This document shows, piece after piece, positions 55,001 through 64,000 of a DNA stretch of 64,000 nt. How positions within the stretch are numbered: the first letter of the stretch is position 1; each line of letters starts with the position of its first letter. The notes under the pieces were generated by a model. The model ran no database searches. It was given only the letters and a program-made list of their open reading frames with translations, and was not told where the DNA came from. Source of the DNA: Azolla caroliniana (taxonomy: Eukaryota > Plantae > Polypodiophyta); contig JBHGNT010000006.1 of the NCBI GenBank assembly GCA_043228905.1, positions 248,001 to 312,000 of the forward strand. Direction: 5' to 3'. Both the position numbers and the translations under genes were made by a program.

Positions 55001-58000
55001 GCCAGGTATGAACATTTTAATTTACCTACTAGCTCTTCTCAACTCAATCCTCAAATTTGGTAATTTCGTCATGTCTCTCGACCTGAGTTTCAAAATCTTG
55101 ATTTTTTAATTCCATATCATAGCTAGCGTTGTTAGCTTCGATTCGCATGTTTGAACACAAAAATCCGATATCACACGAGCCAGGTATGAACATTTTTATT
55201 TACTCAAGGGCTCCTCTCAACTCACTCCTCAAATTTGGTATTTTCTTCATGTCTCTCGACCTGAGTTTCAAAATCTTGATTTTTAAATTCCATATCATAG
55301 CTAGCGTTGTTAGCTTCGATTCGCATGTTTGAACACAAAAATCCGATATCACACGAGCCAGGTATGAACATTTTAATTTACCTACTAGCTCTTCTCAACT
55401 CAATCCTCAAATTTGGTAATTTCGTCATGTCTCTCGACCTGAGTTTCAAAATCTTGATTTTTTAATTCCATATCATAGCTAGCGTTGTTAGCTTCGATTC
55501 GCATGTTTGAACACAAAAATCCGATATCACACGAGCCAGGTATGAACATTTTTATTTACTCAAGGGCTCCTCTCAACTCAATCCTCAAATTTGGTAATTT
55601 CGTCATGTCTCTCGACCTGAGTTTCAAAATCTTGATTTTTTAATTCCATATCATAGCTAGCGTTGTTAGCTTCGATTCGCATATTTGTACTCAAAAATCC
55701 GATATCACACGACCCAGGTATGAACATTTTTATTTACCTACTAGCTCTTCTCAACTCAGTCCTCAAATTTGGTAATTTCGTCATGTCTCTCGACCTGAGT
55801 TTCAAAATCTTGATTTTTTAATTCTATATGATAGCTAGCGTTGTTAGCTTCGATTCGCATGTTTGTACACAAAAATCCGATGTCACACGAACCAGGTATG
55901 AACATTTTTATTTACCTACTAGCTCTTCTCAACTCACTCCTCAAATTTGGTAATTTCTTCATGTCTCTCGACCTGAGTTTCAAAATCTTGATTTTTTAAT
56001 TCCATATCATAGCTAGCGTTGTTAGCTTCGATTCGCATGTTTGAACACAAAAATCCGATATCACACGAGCCAGGTATGAACATTTTTATTTACTCAAGGG
56101 CTCCTCTCAACTCACTCCTCAAATTTTGTAATTACGTCATGTCTCTCGACCTGAGTTTCAAAATCTTGATTTTTTAATTGCATATCATAGCTAGCGTTGT
56201 TAGCTTCGATTCGCATATTTGTACTCAAAAATCCGATATCACACGACCCAGGTATGAACATTTTAATTTACCTACTAGCTCTTCTCAACTCAGTCCTCAA
56301 ATTTGGTAATTTCGTCATGTCTCTCGACCTGAGTTTCAAAATCTTGATTTTTTAATTCCATATCATAGCTAGCGTTGTTAGCTTCGATTCGCATGTTTGA
56401 ACACAAAAATCCGATAGCAAGCGAGCCAGGTATGAACATTTTTATTTACTCAAGGGCTCCTCTCAACTCACTCCTCAAATTTTGTAATTATGTCATGTCT
56501 CTCGACCTGAGTTTCAAAATCTTGATTTTTTAATTCCATATCATAGCTAGCGTTGTTAGCTTCGATTCGCATGTTTGAACACAAAAATCCGATATCACAC
56601 GAGCCAGGTATGAACATTTTTATTTACTCAAGGGCTCCTCTCAACTCAGTCCTCAAATTTGGTAATTTCGTCATGTCTCTCGACCTGAGTTTCAAAATCT
56701 TGATTTTTAAATTCCATATCATAGCTAGCGTTGTTAGCTTCGATTCGCATGTTTGAACACAAAAATCGGATAGCAAGCGAGCCAGGTATGAACATTTTTA
56801 TTTACTCAAGGGCTCCTCTCAACTCACTCCTCAAATTTTGTAATTACGTCATGTCTCTCGACCTGAGTTTCAAAATCTTGATTTTTTAATTCCATATCAT
56901 AGCTAGCGTTGTTAGCTTCGATTCGCATATTTGTACTCAAAAATCCGATATCACACGACCCAGGTATGAACATTTTAATTTACCTACTAGCTCTTCTCAA
57001 CTCACTCCTCAAATTTGGTAATTTCGTCATGTCTGTCGACCTGAGTTTCAAAATCTTGATTTTTTAATTCTATATGATAGCTAGCGTTGTTAGCTTCGAT
57101 TCGCATGTTTGTACACAAAAATCCGATGTCACACGATCCAGGTATGAACATTTTTATTTACCTACTAGCTCTTCTCAACTCACTCCTCAAATTTGGTAAT
57201 TTCTTCATGTCTCTCGACCTGAGTTTCAAAATCTTGATTTTTTAATTCCATATCATAGCTAGCGTTGTTAGCTTCGATTCGCATGTTTGAACACAAAAAT
57301 CCGATAGCAAGCGAGCCAGGTATGAACATTTTTATTTACTCAAGGGCTCCTCTCAACTCACTCCTCAAATTTTGTAATTACGTCATGTCTCTCGACCTGA
57401 GTTTCAAAATCTTGATTTTTTAATTCCATATCATAGCTAGCGTTGTTAGCTTCGATTCGCATATGTGTACTCAAAAATCCGATATCACACGACCCAGGTA
57501 TGAACATTTTAATTTACCTACTAGCTCTTCTCAACTCAGTCCTCAAATTTGGTAATTTCGTCATGTCTCTAGACCTGAGTTTCAAAATCTTGATTTTTTA
57601 ATTCTATATGATAGCTAGCGTTGTTAGCTTCGATTCGCATGTTTGTACACAAAAATCCGATGTCACACGAACCAGGTATGAACATTTTTATTTACCTACT
57701 AGCTCTTCTCAACTCACTCCTCAAATTTGGTAATTTCTTCATGTCTCTCGACCTGAGTTTCAAAATCTTGATTTTTTAATTCCATATCATAGCTAGCGTT
57801 GTTAGCTTCGATTCGCATGTTTGAACACAAAAATCCGATAGCAAGCGAGCCAGGTATGAACATTTTTATTTACTCAAGGGCTCCTCTCAACTCACTCCTC
57901 AAATTTTGTAATTACGTCATGTCTCTCGACCTGAGTTTCAAAATCTTGATTTTTTAATTCCGTATCATAGCTAGCGTTGTTAGCTTCGATTCGCATGTTT

Positions 58001-61000
58001 GAACACAAAAATCCGATATCACACGAGCCAGGTATCAACATTTTTATTTACTCAAGGGCTCCTCTCAACTCACTCCTCAAATTTGGTAATTACGTCATGT
58101 CTCTCGAGCTGAGTTTCAAAATCTTGATTTTTAAATTCCATATCATAGCTAGCGTTGTTAGCTTCGATTCGCATGTTTGAATACAAAAATCCGATGTCAC
58201 ACGAGCCAGGTATGAACATTTTTATTTACTCAAGGGCTCCTCTCAACTCACTCCTCAAATTTGGTAATTTCGTCATGTCTCTCGACCTGAGTTTCAAAAT
58301 CTTGATTTTTTAATTCCATATCATAGCTAGCGTTGTTAGCTTCGTTTCGCATATTTGTACACAAAAATCCGATATCACACGAGCCAGGTATGAACATTTT
58401 AATTTACCTACTAGCTCTTCTCAACTCACTCCTCAAATTTCGTAATTACGTCATGTCTCTCGACCTGAGTTTCAAAATCTTGATTTTTTAATTCCATATC
58501 ATAGCTAGCGTTCTTAGCTTCGATTCGCATGTTTGAACACAAAAATCCGATATCACACGAGCCAGGTATGAACATTTTAATTTACCTACTAGGTCTTCTC
58601 AACTCACTCCTCAAATTTGGTAATTTCTTCATGTCTCTCGACCTGAGTTTCAGAATCTTGATTTTTTAATTCCATATCATAGCTAGCGTTGTTAGCTTCG
58701 ATTCGCATATTTGAACACAAAAATCCGATATCACACGAGCCAGGTATGAAGATTTTAATTTACATACTAGCTCCTCTCAACTCACTCCTCAAATTTGGTA
58801 ATTTCGTCATGTCTCTCGACCTGAGTTTCAAAATCTTGATTTTTTAATTCCATATCATAGCTAGCGTTCTTAGCTTCGATTCGCATGTTTGAACACAAAA
58901 ATCCGATATCACACGAGCCAGGTATGAACATTTTAATTTACCTACTATCTCTTCTCAACTCACTCCTCAAATTTGGTAATTTCTTCATGTCTCTCGACCT
59001 GAGTTTCAGAATCTTGATTTTTAAATTCCATATCATAGCTAGCGTTGTTAGCTTCGATTCGCATATTTGTACTCAAAAATCCGATATCACACGAGCCAGG
59101 TATGAAGATTTTAATTTACATACTAGCTCCTCTCAACTCACTCCTCAAATTTGGTAATTTCGTCATGTCTCTCGACCTGAGTTTCAGAATCTTGATTTTT
59201 TAATTCTATAACATAGCTAGCGTTGTTAGCTTCGATTCGCATATTTGTACTCAAAAATCCGATATCACACGAGCCAGGTATGAACATTTTAATTTACCTA
59301 CTAGCTCTTCTCAACTCAATCCTCAAATTTGGTAATTTCGTCATGTCTCTCGACCTGAGTTTCAAAATCTTGATTTTTTAATTCCATATTATAGCTAGCG
59401 TTGTTAGCTTCGTTTCGCATGTTTGTACACAAAAATCCGATATCACACGAGCCAGGTATGAACATTTTAATTTACCTACTAGGTCTTCTCAACTCACTCC
59501 TCAAATTTGGTAATTTCTTCATGTCTCTCGACCTGAGTTTCAGAATCTTGATTTTTTAATTCCATATCATAGCTAGCGTTGTTAGCTTCGATTCGCATGT
59601 TTGAACACAAAAATCCGATATAACACGAGCCAGGTATGAACATTTTAATTTACCTACTCGCTCTTCTCAACTCACTCCTCAAATTTGGTAATTTCTTCAT
59701 GTCTCTCGACCTGAGTTTCAGAATCTTGATTTTTAAATTCCATATCATAGCTAGCGTTGTTAGCTTCGATTCGCATATTTGTACTCAAAAATCCGATATC
59801 ACACGAGCTAGGTATGAAGATTTTAATTTACCTACTAGCTCCTCTCAACTCACTCCTCAAATTTGGTAATTTCGTCATGTCTCTCGACCTGAGTTTCAGA
59901 ATCTTGATTTTTTAATTCTATATCATAGCTAGCGTTGTTAGCTTCGATTCGCATATTTGTACTCAAAAATCCGATATCACACGAGCCAGGTATGAACATT
60001 TTAATTTACCTACTAGCTCTTCTCAACTCAATCCTCAAATTTGGTAATTTCGTCATGTCTCTCGACCTGAGTTTCAAAATCTTGATTTTTTAATTCCATA
60101 TCATAGCTAGCGTTGTTAGCTTCGATTCGCATGTTTGAACACAAAAATCCGATATCACACGAGCCAGGTATGAACATTTTTATTTACTCAAGGGCTCCTC
60201 TCAACTCACTCCTCAAATTTGGTATTTTCTTCATGTCTCTCGACCTGAGTTTCAAAATCTTGATTTTTAAATTCCATATCATAGCTAGCGTTGTTAGCTT
60301 CGATTCGCATGTTTGAACACAAAAATCCGATATCACACGAGCCAGGTATGAACATTTTAATTTACCTACTAGCTCTTCTCAACTCAATCCTCAAATTTGG
60401 TAATTTCGTCATGTCTCTCGACCTGAGTTTCAAAATCTTGATTTTTTAATTCCATATCATAGCTAGCGTTGTTAGCTTCGATTCGCATGTTTGAACACAA
60501 AAATCCGATATCACACGAGCCAGGTATGAACATTTTTATTTACTCAAGGGCTCCTCTCAACTCAGTCCTCAAATTTGGTAATTTCGTCATGTCTCTCGAC
60601 CTGAGTTTCAAAATCTTGATTTTTTAATTCCATATCATAGCTAGCGTTGTTAGCTTCGATTCGCATATTTGTACTCAAAAATCCGATATCACACGACCCA
60701 GGTAGGAACATTTTAATTTACCTACTAGCTCTTCTCAACTCAGTCCTCAAATTTGGTAATTTCGTCATGTCTCTCGACCTGAGTTTCAAAATCTTGATTT
60801 TTTAATTCTAGATGATAGCTAGCGTTGTTAGCTTCGATTCGCATGTTTGTACACAAAAATCCGATGTCACACGAACCAGGTATGATCATTTTTATTTACC
60901 TACTAGCTCTTCTCAACTCACTCCTCAAATTTGGTAATTTCTTCATGTCTCTCGACCTGAGTTTCAAAATCTTGATTTTTTAATTCCATATCATAGCTAG

Positions 61001-61390
61001 CGTTGTTAGCTTCGATTCGCATGTTTGAACACAAAAATCCGATATCACACGAGCCAGGTATGAACATTTTTATTTACTCAAGGGCTCCTCTCAACTCACT
61101 CCTCAAATTTTGTAATTACGTCATGTCTCTCGACCTGAGTTTCAAAATCTTGATTTTTTAATTCTATATCATAGCTAGCGTTGTTAGCTTCGATTCGCAT
61201 ATTTGTACTCAAAAATCCGATATCACACGACCCAGGTATGAACATTTTAATTTACCTACTAGCTCTTCTCAACTCAGTCCTCAAATTTGGTAATTTCGTC
61301 ATGTCTCTCGACCTGAGTTTCAAAATCTTGATTTTTTAATTCCATATCATAGCTAGCGTTGTTAGCTTCGATTCGCATGTTTGAACACAA
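52080..61390. repeat. Duplication at 28-monomer spacing (4984 bp): ~52080-56400 versus ~57060-61390
   Basis: Offset 4984 = 28x178 for ACGATCCAGG 52153/57137, ATATGTGTAC 52481/57465, TTCCGTATC 52978/57962, and ORF pairs 53901/58885, 54652/59636, 55129/60113. Confidence 0.9.
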
Positions 61391-64000
61391 AAATCCGATA
61401 TCACACGAGCCAGGTATGAACATTTTTATTTACTCAAGGGCTCCTCTCAACTCACTCCTCAAATTTTGTAATTACGTCATGTCTCTCGACCTGAGTTTCA
61501 AAATCTTGATTTTTTAATTCCATATCATAGCTAGCGTTGTTAGCTTCGATTCGCATGTTTGAACACAAAAATCCGATATCACACGAGCCAGGTATGAACA
61601 TTTTTATTTACTCAAGGGCTCCTCTCAACTCACTCCTCAAATTTTGTAATTACGTCATGTCTCTCGACCTGAGTTTCAAAAACTTGATTTTTTAATTCCA
61701 TATCATAGCTAGCGTTGTTAGCTTCGATTCGCATATTTGTACTCAAAAATCCGATATCACACGACCCAGGTATGAACATTTTAATTTACCTACTAGCTCT
61801 TCTCAACTCACTCCTCAAATTTGGTAATTTCGTCATGTCTGTCGACCTGAGTTTCAAAATCTTGATTTTTTAATTCTATATGATAGCTAGCGTTGTTAGC
61901 TTCGATTCGCATGTTTGTACACAAAAATCCGATGTCACACGATCCAGGTATGAACATTTTTATTTACCTACTAGCTCTTCTCAACTCACTCCTCAAATTT
62001 TGTAATTTCTTCATGTCTCTCGACCTGAGTTTCAAAATCTTGATTTTTAAATTCCATATCATAGCTAGCGTTGTTAGCTTCGATTCGCATGTTTGAACAC
62101 AAAAATCCGATATCACACGAGCCAGGTATGAACATTTTTATTTACTCAAGGGCTCCTCTCAACTCACTCCTCAAATTTTGTAATTACGTCATGTCTCTCG
62201 ACCTGAGTTTCAAAATCTTGATTTTTTAATTCCATATCATAGCTAGCGTTGTTAGCTTCGATTCGCATATTTGTACTCAAAAATCCGATATCACACGAGC
62301 CAGGTATGAACATTTTAATTTACCTACTAGCTCTTCTCAACTCACTCCTCAAATTTCGTAATTACGTCATGTCTCTCGACCTGAGTTTCAGAATCTTGAT
62401 TTTTTAATTCCATATCATAGCTAGCGTTGTTAGCTTCGATTCGCATGTTTGAACACAAAAATCCGATATCACACGAGCCAGGTATGAACATTTTAATTTA
62501 CCTACTAGCTCTTCTCAACTCAATCCTCAAATTTGGTAATTTCGTCATGTCTCTTGACCTGAGTTTCAAAATCTTGATTTTTTAATTCCATATCATAGCT
62601 AGCGTTGTTAGCTTCGATTCGCATGTTTGAACACAAAAATCCGATATCACACGAGCCAGGTATGAACATTTTAATTTACCTACTAGCTCTTCTCAACTCA
62701 ATCCTCAAATTTTCAAAATCTTGATTTTTTAATTCCATATCATAGCTAGCGTTGTTAGCTTTGATTCGCATATTTGTACTCAAAAATCCGATATCACACG
62801 AGCCAGGTATGAAGATTTTAATTTACCTACTAGCTCCTCTCAACTCAATCCTCAAATTCGGTAATTTCGTCATGTCTCTCGACCTGAGTTTCAAAATCTT
62901 GATTTTTTAATTCCATATCATAGCTAGCGTTGTTAGCTTCGATTCGCATGTTTGAACACAAAAATCCGATATCACACGAGCCAGGTATGAACATTTTTAT
63001 TTACTCAAGGGCTCCTCTCAACTCACTCCTCAAATTTGGTAATTTCTTCATGTCTCTCGACCTGAGTTTCAAAATCTTGATTTTTAAATTCCATATCATA
63101 GCTAGCGTTGTTAGCTTCGATTCGCATGTTTGAACACAAAAATCCGATATCACACGAGCCAGGTATGAACATTTTAATTTACCTACTAGCTCTTCTCAAC
63201 TCCATCCTCAAATTTGGTAATTTCGTCATGTCTCTCGACCTGAGTTTCAAAATCTTGATTTTTTAATTCCATATCATAGCTAGCGTTGTTAGCTTCGATT
63301 CGCATGTTTGAACACAAAAATCCGATATCACACGAGCCAGGTATGAACATTTTTATTTACTCAAGGGCTCCTCTCAACTCACTCATCAAATTTTGTAATT
63401 ATGTCATGTCTCTCGACCTGAGTTTCAAAATCTTGATTTTTTAATTCCATATCATAGCTAGCGTTGTTAGCTTCGATTCGCATGTTTGAACACAAAAATC
63501 CGATATCACACGAGCCAGGTATGAACATTTTTATTTACTCAAGGGCTCCTCTCAACTCACTCCTCAAATTTTGTAATTACGTCATGTCTCTCGACCTGAG
63601 TTTCAAAATCTTGATTTTTTAATTCCATATCATAGCTAGCGTTGTTAGCTTCGATTCGCATGTTTGAACACAAAAATCCGATATCACACGAGCCAGGTAT
63701 GAACATTTTTATTTACTCAAGGGCTCCTCTCAACTCACTCCTCAAATTTTGTAATTACGTCATGTCTCTCGACCTGAGTTTCAAAAACTTGATTTTTTAA
63801 TTCCATATCATAGCTAGCGTTGTTAGCTTCGATTCGCATATTTGTACTCAAAAATCCGATATCACACGACCCAGGTATGAACATTTTAATTTACCTACTA
63901 GCTCTTCTCAACTCACTCCTCAAATTTGGTAATTTCGTCATGTCTGTCGACCTGAGTTTCAAAATCTTGATTTTTTAATTCTATATGATAGCTAGCGTTG
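61380..64000. repeat. Short block repeated at 12-monomer spacing (2105 bp), truncated by the window end
   Basis: CAAAAACTTG 61682/63787 and GTCGAC 61841/63946; 2105 = 12x178 - 31. Confidence 0.8.
62649..62795. repeat. Truncated 147-bp monomer (31-bp internal deletion at ~62710)
   Basis: The sequence reads ATCCTCAAAT|TTTCAAAATC, lacking TTGGTAATTTCGTCATGTCTCTCGACCTGAG. Register check: 62930 - 61893 = 1037 = 6x178 - 31. Confidence 0.96.

Larger units (their letters stand above)
1..64000. repeat. 178-bp tandem satellite array (~360 monomers, single orientation); putative centromeric/pericentromeric satellite, family not recognised
   Basis: ACACGAGCCAGG starts at 1 and again at 179. Approximate consensus: ACACGAGCCAGGTATGAACATTTTAATTTACCTACTAGCTCTTCTCAACTCA(A/C)TCCTCAAATTTGGTAATTTCGTCATGTCTCTCGACCTGAGTTTCAAAATCTTGATTTTTTAATTCCATATCATAGCTAGCGTTGTTAGCTTCGATTCGCATGTTTGAACACAAAAATCCGATATC. 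The same register position falls at 135 and 63998; the distance 63863 = 359x178 - 39, and the indels I found sum to exactly -39. The array runs off both window ends. A centromeric role is inferred only from monomer length and homogeneity. Confidence 0.99.

Noticed and set aside
11702-63133. ~50 similar 61-102 aa ORFs (MLASIRMF.., MFEHKNP..) that look like a small-protein multigene family
   Set aside because: They are translations of the satellite monomer. They exceed the length cut-off mainly where ATT TTT TAA has mutated to AAA, CTA or TTA. Many start at TTG, their C-terminal part is the same repeat read in a shifted frame (178 is not a multiple of 3), and there is no unique flanking or gene-like context.
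1-64000. CRISPR-like or diversity-generating cassette array (constant segments alternating with variable ones)
   Set aside because: The variable segments are alleles of the same homologous sequence, not unique spacers. There are no cas, reverse transcriptase or recombinase genes in the window.
1-64000. A single fixed-length HOR, strand inversions or transposon insertions
   Set aside because: Offsets vary from 3 to 144 monomers with no global period. The register arithmetic leaves no room for non-satellite insertions, and every part reads in the same orientation.

Overview
The whole 64-kb window is one uninterrupted, head-to-tail tandem array of a 178-bp satellite monomer (~360 copies, ~36% GC by hand count of one monomer, all in one orientation). 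This is typical of a eukaryotic centromeric/pericentromeric satellite. I do not recognise the monomer as a named family and cannot assign a species. I see no credible genes, RNA genes, transposons or CRISPR arrays, and nothing that supports a new protein-coding system. The ORF track consists of read-throughs of satellite monomers in which a TAA has mutated. The information in the window is its repeat architecture, read from private variants and coordinate offsets that are multiples of 178 after correcting for the listed indels. It includes a subfamily boundary near 23.7 kb, nested duplications at 3, 4, 7, 9, 12, 13, 16, 28, 30, 79, 122 and 142-144 monomer spacings, and a tetramer-to-trimer change in local higher-order repeat. 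It also includes two length-neutral patch replacements that look like gene conversion, a locally hypermutated patch, several multi-nucleotide substitutions, and a single 31-bp deletion that gives a 147-bp monomer. All comparisons were made by eye, so boundaries are approximate and variant lists may be incomplete.
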